Below, one piece after another: positions 1-9,994 of a DNA stretch of 64,000 nucleotides. The stretch is from contig PPNB01000011.1 of the NCBI GenBank assembly GCA_003707115.1, positions 62,001 through 126,000 on the forward strand, read 5' to 3'. The first letter of the stretch is position 1. Each line of letters opens with the position of its first letter. A program made the position numbers and the translations under genes. The notes beneath the pieces are model-generated. The model ran no database searches. It was not told the origin of the DNA and saw nothing but the letters and a program-made list of their open reading frames with translations. This DNA comes from Tortispora ganteri. Its lineage: Eukaryota.

Positions 1-329
1 GGGTTATCTTCTGGCTGATGGTCTAGCAGACCTTCGAGGACTTTCATAGTCTGGGCAGCAAGTTCTTTTGTCGGTGACAATATTATTGCATTAATAAAAT
101 GAGGTTTATAGTCATCTATAAGCCGAGACACTTTGTCTATAACTGGAACTAAGAATCCTATAGTTTTACCTGATCCAGTGACTGCCTCAACAACCACGTC
201 TTTGTTGCCGCAGAACAGCGGAATAGTAGCTGCTTGAACAGGTGTCATATCAGCAAACATAAACATCAACCGTTTTAAAAGCCATTCCGGGACCTTACCA
301 TCCAGTTCGGTCCAGTCGCGCGGAGCCAT
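1..329 (-). CDS. SPB4: DEAD-box rRNA helicase Spb4/DDX55, 5' part; runs off the left edge
   Basis: Not in the ORF track. Manual translation from the ATG at 329 gives MAPRDWTELDGKVPEWLL...MTPVQAATIPLFCGNKDVVVEAVTGSGKT...AIILSPTKELAAQ: Q motif, Spb4-type motif I (VEAVTGSGKT) and motif Ia. Confidence 0.85.
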   Translation of the reverse strand, partial: MAPRDWTELDGKVPEWLLKRLMFMFADMTPVQAATIPLFCGNKDVVVEAVTGSGKTIGFLVPVIDKVSRLIDDYKPHFINAIILSPTKELAAQTMKVLEGLLDHQPEDN

Positions 330-449
330 AAAAAAAAGAACTGCGAAGTTAACGAAGGAGTAAGGAGCCAGAGAAAAAATAGTAAGTAAAAGTCTAATAG
401 GATTTGACAGTTGCAACGGTCACATAATGTTCACAGTATATGCCTATTT

Positions 450-457
450 CCGGGTAA
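450..457. promoter_or_regulatory. Reb1-type site CCGGGTAA in the SPB4/PRS5 divergent promoter
   Basis: Exact reverse complement of TTACCCGG in a 231-bp divergent gap; binding is inferred. Confidence 0.45.
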
Positions 458-560
458 CTTAGCATTTAACCTTTTGCTACTTTTTTCTCTTTAGGAGATC
501 TCAGGTTGTCTGAGAACGAAAGAAGCGTTTTAGATCTACCGATTTCATAGATCAAGTAGA

Positions 561-1754
561 ATGAAAGATCTTGTTGTTTTAGGAGGCTCTTCTCATCCTC
601 AATTGACGAAGGCTATATGTTCAATATTGAACATTAATGAATCAGAAATGAGTTTGAGCAAGTTCAGCAACGGCGAGACTTCTGTCACAATCAAGGATTC
701 TGTACGTGACAAGGATGTCTATGTGATTCAATCTGGATGTGGCAGTGTAAATGACAACCTAATGGAATTGTTAATTGCTGTTTCTGCTCTTAAAACTGCA
801 TCTGCAAGCAAAGTCACAGCTGTTTTACCATTGTTCCCCTACTCCAGACAACCGGACGCCCCATACCGCAAAGTTGGCGCCCCACAACCGACTGCCAGTA
901 ACAGAGCTGGACTGTACACATTTGATAGTGTTCCTTCTTCGCCTAGGCCGCAAAAATCATTATCATCGCTACAGTCTGATGCTGCACGTAAGCTCTTCTC
1001 TAAGGAACTACGAGACAAGCTGAAATTAGCTGAATCTGTAGATGAAGATGAAGACCCTGATGTCGTCACTGAGACAAATACAGGCTATAGACAATGGGTG
1101 GCACAGGCGGGAACACTTGTTGCCGATTTGCTGGCATGCGCAGGAACAGATCACATTATCACCATGGACTTACACGACCCTCAGTTCCAAGGATTCTTTG
1201 ATATCCCGGTAGACAATCTGTACGGTAAGCCACTGATTCAACGCTACATCACCAACTCAGTTGTCAATTATCAAGACGCCGTAATTGTATCTCCGGATGC
1301 AGGTGGTGCCAAAAGAGCTTCAGTAATTGCTGATGCGCTAGGCATGGATCTTGCCCTGATCCACAAAGAGAGAAAGTCTACAAAGCTCCCCGGCAAGGCC
1401 GCTCCGCTAATGCTCGTCGGAAGCGTCCATGACAGAGTCGCACTCATGATAGACGATCTCATTGATACCTCTGCGACTGTCACAAGAGCTGCCAGACTTT
1501 TGAAATTAAATGGAGCTACTAAAGTGTATTGCTTAGCTACGCACGGTGTATTCTCTGGCGACGCCATTGACCGTGTTCTGCAGTCTGACATTGACAAAGT
1601 GATAATAACGAATTCTGTGCCCCAGCAAAACACAAAAGCTCGTTTAGGCGATCGTCTAGAGGTGGTAGACATATCACCTATATTCGCAGAAGCAATCAGA
1701 CGAATTCACAATGGAGAATCTGTGTCTATGTTGTTCGATTTCAGTTCTATGTGA
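561..1754 (+). CDS. PRS5: Ribose-phosphate pyrophosphokinase, Prs5 type with a non-homologous insertion
   Basis: Motifs FSNGET, IQSGCG, PLFPYSRQ, ITMDLHDPQFQGFFDIPVDNL, VSPDAGG, IDDLIDT and EAIRRIHNGESVS; long insertion before WVAQAGTL as in Prs5. Confidence 0.85.
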   Translation: MKDLVVLGGSSHPQLTKAICSILNINESEMSLSKFSNGETSVTIKDSVRDKDVYVIQSGCGSVNDNLMELLIAVSALKTASASKVTAVLPLFPYSRQPDAPYRKVGAPQPTASNRAGLYTFDSVPSSPRPQKSLSSLQSDAARKLFSKELRDKLKLAESVDEDEDPDVVTETNTGYRQWVAQAGTLVADLLACAGTDHIITMDLHDPQFQGFFDIPVDNLYGKPLIQRYITNSVVNYQDAVIVSPDAGGAKRASVIADALGMDLALIHKERKSTKLPGKAAPLMLVGSVHDRVALMIDDLIDTSATVTRAARLLKLNGATKVYCLATHGVFSGDAIDRVLQSDIDKVIITNSVPQQNTKARLGDRLEVVDISPIFAEAIRRIHNGESVSMLFDFSSM

Positions 1755-1939
1755 GATTAACTATTTATAATTAGGTGTTTTATGCTCATCTTATTTTCTA
1801 CTCGTCTTTCAATCTCCATAATAATTTAATATTGAATGATCAGAAAGATATATAAAAAAGAAGTCCAGAGTTGTTAGGGATAGTTAATTGTAGATTCTTC
1901 CATCATGTAAATCGTCGCAATTGTCTTTTTTCCTTCTTT

Positions 1940-3526
1940 TTAATTTTCAGATTTGCGACGTTTCTTCTCTTCCTTCTTTAACTTCTTCAACTCTTTGCTA
2001 GACAGTTTTTCTTCTGACTTTGATTCTTTATCTTTACTACTTTCTTCCGCTTCCTCTTCATCCGCTTCGTCGTCAGTTCGCTTTCTTTTTCTGTCAGCTT
2101 TAGCAGCCTTGCGGGCTGCTTTGGCTTCCTTTTTGAGGCGTTTTCTCTCTTCCTTAGAAAGCTTAGACGAAACGCTACCGGCATCGCTGCCATCAATCGT
2201 AGTGTCCATAGTTATATCGCCGTTAGCAGCGTCAGCATCGGTATTATAGGTGCTGTTGTCTACAAAAGAAACTTTGCCTGTCTGCTTCTGCATTTCCTTC
2301 AATGTCTGTTTGGCAACACCGATATCGCGGCCTTCGAGCTGACTGAGACGTGCTTCAACTTTAGCGCGGCTTTCTAAGCCAATCGTAGCGTACTCTTCGC
2401 GGTCCTCGGCAAGAGCATCGTACCTGATAGAGACAGCAGCCTTAGCAGAGAGTACACGGGCGATCTTACCTTTATTTCGGCCTGACGCCTGACCGATAAT
2501 AGACGAGTTGTATACTAAACCGTACTTCGGGGTATCGCGTTTGGTCTTGAGAGCCCGGAAAAGGGCCTTTTCAGCGCCCAAAATCTGTATTGTGGAAGCG
2601 GGGGCTTTAGCCAAAGACATAAGAGAACCTGCATGAGCAATTAGTCTGGCGCCGACAAGTTCGCCCATCAATGTGGAAAGATTAGGAGCAATAGCATTCA
2701 TGCGAGAAATCAAGTAACTATACAATTGTTCTCTGTACTCTGAGAACTCTATAATCTGGTCAGCCAAACTAGAAATATTCTCTAAATCTGCATCTGTAAT
2801 CTCAGTACCCATAGAAATTTCGGCAGCAGCTTTCAAAGCAGTCTCGATATCCTCTGGCAACACCTCTGAAAGATCCGTTTCGGAAGCGTTCGTTCTGACA
2901 CCCATTGTCTTTATAACTTTAGCATAGGCTACACTGTCTTGTACAATCTTTGTCATCTCAGGAAAGTGCCAACCGTACCACTCTTTAATACGCATGGCGT
3001 AAGTATTCAGTTCCTTGTCGATATCGTCGAGCAAAGCAATCGCCTGGATGATCATAGTGTCGACTTTATCGGCGGAGAATTTCAGTTTGTACCGGCCGAG
3101 TGAGTGCGCAAGACCGAGCGACATAGTAGACATATCTGATTCGCTGAGACCAGGAATTAGCGACGAAAGATGTTCGCGAATTGCACGATACATGTCTGCG
3201 GTCGACGAATCAGAAACAATCTTTAACCCATCGCTTATAGTCTTAGAAATGGCGCTTCCGAGCTTCGGGTCAGCGACAACAAGAGTATCCTTGCCGTCCT
3301 TTGCGCTATCGAGCATGTTAGCCAATTTGCCGGAAACTCGTCCTTCAATAATAGCCTGCGTCTCCTCCAGAGCATCTGCAGCACTTTCGAACTTTGAAAA
3401 TGCCTTTACCTTAAAGGTCGAGGTAATGCTGCTTGCTTTTAGCAAGTCCTCGCTACCTTCCTTCAATACTTTAGACTTCGCCTTCAGCAGCGCATAACCT
3501 GCGGGTGTCTCTGTTAAAATCAGCAT
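1940..3526 (-). CDS. NOP58: Box C/D snoRNP core protein Nop58
   Basis: [13 protein letters not shown] start, [44 protein letters not shown] and a KKE-rich tail. Confidence 0.97.
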   Translation of the reverse strand: MLILTETPAGYALLKAKSKVLKEGSEDLLKASSITSTFKVKAFSKFESAADALEETQAIIEGRVSGKLANMLDSAKDGKDTLVVADPKLGSAISKTISDGLKIVSDSSTADMYRAIREHLSSLIPGLSESDMSTMSLGLAHSLGRYKLKFSADKVDTMIIQAIALLDDIDKELNTYAMRIKEWYGWHFPEMTKIVQDSVAYAKVIKTMGVRTNASETDLSEVLPEDIETALKAAAEISMGTEITDADLENISSLADQIIEFSEYREQLYSYLISRMNAIAPNLSTLMGELVGARLIAHAGSLMSLAKAPASTIQILGAEKALFRALKTKRDTPKYGLVYNSSIIGQASGRNKGKIARVLSAKAAVSIRYDALAEDREEYATIGLESRAKVEARLSQLEGRDIGVAKQTLKEMQKQTGKVSFVDNSTYNTDADAANGDITMDTTIDGSDAGSVSSKLSKEERKRLKKEAKAARKAAKADRKRKRTDDEADEEEAEESSKDKESKSEEKLSSKELKKLKKEEKKRRKSEN

Positions 3527-3622
3527 GGCTATGTGTTTGGTGAAGAAATTTTAAGTAGAGCGTTGGTTAGTCTCCAGCTTCGAGGTGGGAGAGTAAAAAA
3601 AAAAAAGTAATTGTATTAATAG

Positions 3623-3634
3623 GGGTTAGGGTTA
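3623..3634 (+). promoter_or_regulatory. Telomere-like GGGTTAGGGTTA element upstream of NOP58
   Basis: Two GGGTTA units about 100 bp upstream of the NOP58 ATG, near an A12 tract, an RRPE-like TGAAGAAATTTT (3541-3552) and a PAC-like GATGAG (3664-3669). Confidence 0.45.
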
Positions 3635-3769
3635 TATACTCCAAAAGATTCGTTGTAGTGGCAGATGAGCGATATGCAGGCAATCAATGCAATCGAGGGA
3701 TAGTCACGAATGTAGTTACTGTATTTGAAACATCAATAATTATTTTCACGCTGTCGGCTATTATTGCGA

Positions 3770-4636
3770 CTACTGCTGCTGCAGTAGGGAGTCATCTGTG
3801 GACACCAAGCACTTAAACAGTTCCTTGTCTTTGCAGAACTGTACTAAAAAGTCTAGTTCAAGCTCGTGCATGCGTCCAGGAATCACGAGAGAGTGTAATG
3901 GCTCCCCACTATCGTATTCAGAAAGATTCTGTAAGCTGTCAGCATATATGGTCTGCGAGTCAGATCCCAGTCGGGAAATCGCGATTCCTGGAGTAAGTGG
4001 TGACAGCAGCTGACCTTGACCACGATTTTCTATCACTTCAAGAATTTGTGTTGCCGCGGTAGCTATATTCATAAACCTTGGGGGTTCATATATTTTGCGG
4101 CCTCTTGCGAGGTTTTCAATACTCTGCTCCTTTACCTTGATATCAAGAAGTACTAGGGTGTGCAAGCCCAATTTTCGATTCTGGATGATCTTATCGTAGA
4201 AAGAGTCCGGCCGCCAGTTTTCGGTAAAAAATACTAGCGATACAGTTTGACCATAATTGTATAATTGCAATCCGCAAGCTCCTACAGCATTCATAATCGA
4301 AGCATTGTGGATAACTTGGACGGGAATTTTCAGTTCTCTTGCGCGAATATGTAAATCGGTATGTGTAGTTGCTCCATATGGGTCACCTACAACCAAAAAT
4401 GCTACATTCTGCGTATCTGCGCCTTCTAGGATCACATCAGCATTGCTCTCTACAAGTTCACGATCAGCAAGCGTCACTTCACAACCGTAAAACTGTTCAA
4501 GACTTTCCTTGTCGGCGTTCATCAATATAGAGGTGTACGCTTCTAGATACACTCTTGAACATGTTTTTATGGCTTCAAGCCCACGTACAGTTATATCTTT
4601 CTCAGTTCCAAGGCCTAGGCCGATCAAATATAGCAT
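3770..4636 (-). CDS. DPH5: Diphthine methyl ester synthase
   Basis: Start moved to the ATG at 4636 ([10 protein letters not shown]). Motifs [43 protein letters not shown] and GEPLHSLV. Confidence 0.97.
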   Translation of the reverse strand: MLYLIGLGLGTEKDITVRGLEAIKTCSRVYLEAYTSILMNADKESLEQFYGCEVTLADRELVESNADVILEGADTQNVAFLVVGDPYGATTHTDLHIRARELKIPVQVIHNASIMNAVGACGLQLYNYGQTVSLVFFTENWRPDSFYDKIIQNRKLGLHTLVLLDIKVKEQSIENLARGRKIYEPPRFMNIATAATQILEVIENRGQGQLLSPLTPGIAISRLGSDSQTIYADSLQNLSEYDSGEPLHSLVIPGRMHELELDFLVQFCKDKELFKCLVSTDDSLLQQQ

Positions 4637-4767
4637 GTCTAATATTGAGTAATGACTTCGTACCAAAAATTATACTTACTCTATGATAGTTTGTGTTTTA
4701 ACCTTATTCACAATATTACTTTAGTTATACTTTATATACTTTTTAATTTTACAAATAGCATAATTCG

Positions 4768-4839
4768 TCGGCAATAGTTTAGTGGCCAGAATCTCCGCCT
4801 GTCACGCGGGAGACCGGGGTTCGATTCCCCGTTGCCGAG
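4768..4839 (+). tRNA. tRNA-Asp(GTC), intronless
   Basis: Acceptor stem TCGGCAA/TTGCCGA plus discriminator G; anticodon arm TCCGC-CTGTCAC-GCGGG; T arm CGGGG-TTCGATT-CCCCG; followed by a T-rich Pol III terminator. Confidence 0.97.
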
Positions 4840-5088
4840 CTTTTCTTTTTTTTTTGGTGCATTCTCACAAACACATGCCAGTTTCGCGTACGTTAACCTT
4901 ACCAAGCCATCTAACACATATCTTACAACGCTACGATTTGGAAAAGAAGGGCTCATATAACGGCAGAGCTTTTTGATTTTTCCTATTTGATACGAAGGAC
5001 CTGTATCGCTAGTGAACGCGTGATTCAGAGTATCGAAGTTGACTATCCAGTGTGTGCGCCTTAACCACGCGTCATCTTTTCATAAAAA

Positions 5089-6015
5089 ATGCAGACAAGA
5101 AGCTCTAGACGCCGGACCAAGGCAAATCACGAGGGCGGTGTTGATCCTGTTAAGGTGACAGAGAATTTGCAAAAAGTTGCTGAAGATCAGCAGAATAATA
5201 ACCACAAGAACCATCATATAACAGACGATTGGACTGAAAGGGGTCGCCAACTATTCGAAGATGCTAAAGCGCTTTTAACACCAAGATCTCTTTCACCTTT
5301 GGGTCTTATTCCTATTCACAAAAAATACAGAGCTTTTATCCACAAGTATGAAGTGCCTCGTAAACTATTTCATGTTTCTATCGGGTTTATTAGTCTTGCA
5401 TTGTTTACTCGAGACGTGAGCTCTGCTACTGTTTTACCAGTCCTTATTAAATTCCTCGCGCTTGTTGTATGCGCAGATTTGATGCGTTTCAAATGGGAAT
5501 GGTTCTCGAATCTTTACATTAAAGTCCTTGGATCCTTAATGCGTGAGTCTGAGGTCGAACAACTTAACGGTGTGGTGTGGTACCTAGTCGGTCTCATCGT
5601 TGTCTTTTATTTTTACCCTACAGACATCGCGGTCTTAAGTGTACTTTTACTATCTTGGGCCGACACTACGGCTTCGATATTTGGGCGTGCCTATGGCCAC
5701 CTGTCTATTCGCATTGGGCGAAAATCCTTGATCGGCTCTTTAGCTGCGTTCGTGACTTCGGCGGCCGCCGCGTATCTGTGGTACGGGGTACTGTTGGCAC
5801 GATACAGCAATAAACCTGGTTTCAGTGCCATACATGGAACACTAGCCTGGACACCTACCACATCCAAACTTCCACTTGGATACTTATGTGTTGCAGCAGG
5901 GTTTCTTGGTGCCGTGTCTGAAGCGATACAAGTCTACTCACTCGATGACAATCTAACTATTCCTATTATCTCGGCTGTTTTCATGGGACTGTTGTTCAAA
6001 ATTTTCAAGATATAG
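5089..6015 (+). CDS. DGK1: CTP-dependent diacylglycerol kinase
   Basis: HKYEVPRKLFHVSIG, LMRESE..NGVVWYL, LLLSWADTTAS.FGR, KSLIGS and LDDNLTIP; multi-pass membrane protein. Confidence 0.93.
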   Translation: MQTRSSRRRTKANHEGGVDPVKVTENLQKVAEDQQNNNHKNHHITDDWTERGRQLFEDAKALLTPRSLSPLGLIPIHKKYRAFIHKYEVPRKLFHVSIGFISLALFTRDVSSATVLPVLIKFLALVVCADLMRFKWEWFSNLYIKVLGSLMRESEVEQLNGVVWYLVGLIVVFYFYPTDIAVLSVLLLSWADTTASIFGRAYGHLSIRIGRKSLIGSLAAFVTSAAAAYLWYGVLLARYSNKPGFSAIHGTLAWTPTTSKLPLGYLCVAAGFLGAVSEAIQVYSLDDNLTIPIISAVFMGLLFKIFKI

Positions 6016-6188
6016 TATTTCTTCAGTACCATTAGCTGACATATTCGCAGCTCAAGCAAAATTTATGATGACTTATGAATAGAAAGAAACATTGTGCGAC
6101 TGTCTTTTTTTCTTTGCACGTGTATGTCTCGCCTGCGAGGCAGTCGCATTACGTTCACCACAGTATAGCATAGAAGATAAAAATGCCG

Positions 6189-6911
6189 TTAAGAAGTGTT
6201 TGGCGGGTGTCTGAACGTAAAACGTGCCGGTGATACACCCAAAGCAAGTCCTAGTACATAGATGGCTATTCCAATGTAGAGTGTGGGTTCGTGAATATGC
6301 ATAACCGTGCGAGAGTATGTGGTATATGGGGTAGCGAGAATAGCGAGAAGTTGCATGATCAGCGCGACATAAGCTACCATTCGGTGATACCTGTAAAGGT
6401 ATTTACCCTTGCGCTGTGAGCCGAGGAGTGGGGAAGCGAGGTATGTCTGCAGAATACCTATGACGAAAGCAAAGAGCAGACCTAGATACGCTATGAGCCC
6501 AAGGATAGAATGGTAAGAAACGAACTGCGGACCATGGTGGATGAGCTTGTTTGCGAGGATGACAGCAAAGCCGGCAGCGTAGCAAGCGGTAGCTAGAATA
6601 TTTATGTGTCCGTGGATCTTAAGCACGAGAGATTTATTCTGGGGATCATTGGAGTTCTGGGCCACAATGATGGCATTTGATAGAAGATAGAGAGCGATTA
6701 GATTCATGATAGGATGGAGGGTGAATAGATTGACTGGAGCATTAGAAAGCGCAATAGCGATAGATAGCGTAATAAGTACGAAGCCACAGTAAACTATTAT
6801 AATTGGATAGAGAAGCATATGAAGAGAACCTATAGAGAGGCGATAAGAGAGGAGACTGCTACGACTAGAAGGGTGAACTGAACTGTTTAATAAAGGAGTA
6901 TACTGATCCAT
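6189..6911 (-). CDS. Cytochrome b561-domain membrane protein
   Basis: About six hydrophobic segments with four spaced His ligands: FTLHP, KIHG, SYHSILG and YRYHR. Confidence 0.75.
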   Translation of the reverse strand: MDQYTPLLNSSVHPSSRSSLLSYRLSIGSLHMLLYPIIIVYCGFVLITLSIAIALSNAPVNLFTLHPIMNLIALYLLSNAIIVAQNSNDPQNKSLVLKIHGHINILATACYAAGFAVILANKLIHHGPQFVSYHSILGLIAYLGLLFAFVIGILQTYLASPLLGSQRKGKYLYRYHRMVAYVALIMQLLAILATPYTTYSRTVMHIHEPTLYIGIAIYVLGLALGVSPARFTFRHPPNTS

Positions 6912-6957
6912 TTATATACAATATAACAGAGCTGTCAGGGAATGGAAAGAGGTACTG

Positions 6958-7331
6958 TTATTTGTGGTGAAGTTGCGCCCTTCTTGCAAGAAGAGTATGG
7001 TAAGGTGGGAGTGACTGTTGGTTGTCTAAGATGGAATCAGATCGAATTACAGAGCCGATCGACATGAAAAGACTGTTGTTAGTTGCCACCCATAATGATC
7101 AACACTACATAAAGTGTGAATAAATAATACTTACCCGAAAGTAGCAGCTGAACCGAGCATATATTGGCCTAAACTCCTTACAAAGCCATTAGGGCCGGGG
7201 CCGTAGCGAATTATAGCGAACCCACCGAACAACAGGCCGACGACGATTCCCACACTTGAGCCCATCATAGCGCCCATTTTGAATTTTTCCCAGTTTGAAG
7301 GGCCCGCTTGAGTGTATTTTACAGGTGGCAT
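6958..7331 (-). CDS. MGR2: Mgr2/Romo1 TIM23 subunit, two exons (7331-7135 and 7072-6958), 103 aa
   Basis: [15 protein letters not shown]...[13 protein letters not shown]; splicing restores the conserved [13 protein letters not shown]-terminus. Confidence 0.92.
7073..7134 (-). other. 62-nt spliceosomal intron in MGR2
   Basis: GTAAGT donor and ACTAAC-AA-CAG 3' end; removal restores the reading frame. Confidence 0.92.
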
Positions 7332-7519
7332 TTTATTATAATATAGTCACAGAGAAGTGCTAAAAGTACCTGGGAGGATATATGTGACTAAAGCAATTTT
7401 TCCTGGAACTGGCGGAGTAGGAAAAAAAAGGTAGAGGTAACTTGGGTGGGACCCACAATGTTGACAGTCAGCGTAGACCTCTCTTAGGCCTAACTTTAAC
7501 CAAACTCTTTCATAAAACA

Positions 7520-7864
7520 ATGAACGACGATTTGGAGATCGGTATTAAATCATTAAAAAATGCTGTGTTCAAGGTAAATAAAGCTGTCGAAAATTTGTCT
7601 AGTCGAAAACAGGTAACGGAACTGAGAACCAAGTCCATGAAGGTAAACCGGGTGTTTGACATCACAAGCTCTTTTAATGTATCTAGCGATGACATAAAAG
7701 ACGAAATAAAGGCATTGCTTGAAATTGCAGAATCAAAATTAGATAATAATAACATGCTACTGCAAGATCTTAATTTAGAGATTTCAAAAAAAGAGGATCA
7801 GCTCCGGTACCTCAAACTGAGACGCGAAAGATACGAAATGTCAGCGAGCTCGAGCGCGTTTTAA
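7520..7864 (+). CDS. SPC19: DASH/Dam1 complex subunit Spc19, short form (114 aa)
   Basis: From the ATG at 7520, MNDDLEIGIKSLKNAVFKVNKAVENL...MKVNRVFDI resembles the Spc19 N-terminus; coiled-coil C-terminus; lies next to RAV2 and COQ4 as in S. cerevisiae. Confidence 0.7.
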   Translation: MNDDLEIGIKSLKNAVFKVNKAVENLSSRKQVTELRTKSMKVNRVFDITSSFNVSSDDIKDEIKALLEIAESKLDNNNMLLQDLNLEISKKEDQLRYLKLRRERYEMSASSSAF

Positions 7865-7942
7865 ACAAGTCTAAAAAAAAACAAGAACCTTATGACAGCG
7901 CATATCAAGACGAATTTCTCCAAAATGTATTTTGATCGCACC

Positions 7943-8722
7943 TTAGCTGACCTCCTCAACGCGTTTCATCACAAGACCTAAGTTATATCGAATCCGCGAT
8001 ATGTTTTCCCTCAACACTCTTAGTTTGGCCAGCAGCGATATTAACCCTGGATCGGTAGTCTGCACCTCAATTTTTTCTAATAAAGAAACCTCCGCGCCAT
8101 CAACAGTGATTATTGGCGCGTTTCCTGTCCTGCGGAACAGACTGTCCTCTATTGGCTTTATAATAACAAACTCAACATGCAGAACAGGCTTCTCGACCCA
8201 TAGATAGACGAGTATGTCATCATTGTTAGGCACTCTAGCATACTTTGTTTGTGCTCCTTTATTCCCCTTCAAATTGATCCAAATTTGATCGAACACTTCT
8301 TCCGCTTTCTCTAGCTTCGCATAGACCTCGCCAACATTGTTTTTCTTCCTCGCTACTTCAATCTCTACTAAAACCAGCGCTGCACTTTGAAACAATTGCA
8401 ATGCATTGCTCAATTGCTCTAGTGTAAAGGCATGATTTAAGGCGACTTTTCCACTATACCATTTACTTTTTATTATAGCATCAATGCCAAGCACGCTGCA
8501 ACCACCGCGAATTACGATTCCCTTCGCCAATTCCGACAGTCCTGAAGACAATGGCAGCTTCGACCGACCCTCGCTCTCCAGTAGTAATATGCATTCATCT
8601 ATCCCGATGCTGTGAGTCTCAAGGTTCAAAACACTCAAAAACCAGCCCAATTCGTCTTTGGCAACATCCTCCTCCTTCGCATTGTCTTCCTTGGCTATAG
8701 CCGCGTGCTCCTTGTCGGTCAT
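7943..8722 (-). CDS. RAV2: RAVE complex subunit 2 (Rav2/Rogdi family)
   Basis: ELGWFL, LSSGLSELAKGIVIRGG, LEQL and the C-terminal EKIEVQTTDPGLISLLAKL pattern; synteny supports the call. Confidence 0.75.
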   Translation of the reverse strand: MTDKEHAAIAKEDNAKEEDVAKDELGWFLSVLNLETHSIGIDECILLLESEGRSKLPLSSGLSELAKGIVIRGGCSVLGIDAIIKSKWYSGKVALNHAFTLEQLSNALQLFQSAALVLVEIEVARKKNNVGEVYAKLEKAEEVFDQIWINLKGNKGAQTKYARVPNNDDILVYLWVEKPVLHVEFVIIKPIEDSLFRRTGNAPIITVDGAEVSLLEKIEVQTTDPGLISLLAKLRVLRENISRIRYNLGLVMKRVEEVS

Positions 8723-8873
8723 TCAATCGAAACTCAGGTCGTTTCCAGCTCTGGCTGCAACATATGAATGCTTTAATCTAGTATGGCCCTAACCCTGCGC
8801 CTCACACTTCATACTGCACATCCCAGACCACCTGCGGTACCACCTAACCACTCCACTTACTAGAACTAGCATA

Positions 8874-9581
8874 ATGTCATATCCGGGCCACATTCCGCTA
8901 AACGTGTTTCAAAGGGCGCTGCTAGCTGTTGGCTCAGGAATTGGAGCATTTTTCAATCCGCGAAGAGCAGACTTCATCGCCACTCTGGGAGAGACAACGG
9001 CACCAGGGTTCATCGAAAGACTAAAGTACCAGATGCTTAGCTCTAAGGACGGCAGATGGCTTTTAAGACACAAGCCGCGTATCACATCAAAGTCTCTCGA
9101 TTTGGAGTATCTCCGCTCGCTACCTGCCAATACTCTAGGTGCAACATATGTGGCCTGGTTAGACCGCGAAGGCGTTACCCCTGACACCCGTCTACCTGTT
9201 AGATTTATAGACGATTGCGAATCAGCGTACGCAATGCAGAGGTACAGAGAATCACACGACTTCTATCATGCTATTACTGGTCTTCCGGTTTTTGTGGAGG
9301 GCGAGATAGCCCTTAAAGCATTTGAGTTTGCGAACACGGGTATTCCCATGACAGGTCTAGGAGCCCTGTTAGCACCGTTACGGCTAGGCGAGCGACCGCG
9401 GCGCAGACTCAGAACGATATATTTTCCCTGGGCTATACGCAATGGTCTTAATGCGCAGCCGCTAATAAACGTAATCTGGGAAAACAACCTAGAACGTGAC
9501 GTGAACGAACTGAGACGAGAACTGGGGATCGAAAAACCTCCAGACCTCCGCGAACTTCGCAAACGCAAACCCACATGCTAA
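8874..9581 (+). CDS. COQ4: Ubiquinone biosynthesis protein Coq4; start may lie upstream at a CTG (see findings)
   Basis: [22 protein letters not shown] and the metal-binding motif [14 protein letters not shown]...[11 protein letters not shown]. Confidence 0.95.
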   Translation: MSYPGHIPLNVFQRALLAVGSGIGAFFNPRRADFIATLGETTAPGFIERLKYQMLSSKDGRWLLRHKPRITSKSLDLEYLRSLPANTLGATYVAWLDREGVTPDTRLPVRFIDDCESAYAMQRYRESHDFYHAITGLPVFVEGEIALKAFEFANTGIPMTGLGALLAPLRLGERPRRRLRTIYFPWAIRNGLNAQPLINVIWENNLERDVNELRRELGIEKPPDLRELRKRKPTC

Positions 9582-9994
9582 TAGCCGAAGTTGCCGATTA
9601 CGGTCCCTCAGACTTAAACAGTTGCGGTTATTACGAAATATACACTCGCACATATTAGTACTCGCAAAGAAGAGCAATATTTATCACCGAATTGCAATTC
9701 GAACGCTCCAATTATTATAACAATAAAACTTTATTTGACAATTGGTCTGGACTTCTTAATTGGACAATTTTAAAAAACAGCCTTTTTTTCCTTTTTAGGC
9801 GCAAATTGGGTATTCGAAATTGACAACCAAACGTAGCTCTCCTATTCATTTTCTCCTTTCTTGCCCGTTTTAAACCGTCTTTTATCATTCTTGATATTCG
9901 ATTTTTTTAATTGTTTGGCTCTTTAATATTTGGCAAACAGTACTATACTGATATATATAAGATTCTACTTCCTAATTCCTGTTTTCTCATTAAT

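Noticed and set aside
4732..4976. Two short ORFs (4732-4956 minus, 4782-4976 plus)
   Set aside because: Both are translations across the tRNA-Asp gene.
6931..7134. Possible alternative splice fusing MGR2 exon 1 to cytochrome b561 via CTGACAG at 6938-6932
   Set aside because: The join is out of frame with the b561 ORF and stops after about 22 codons.
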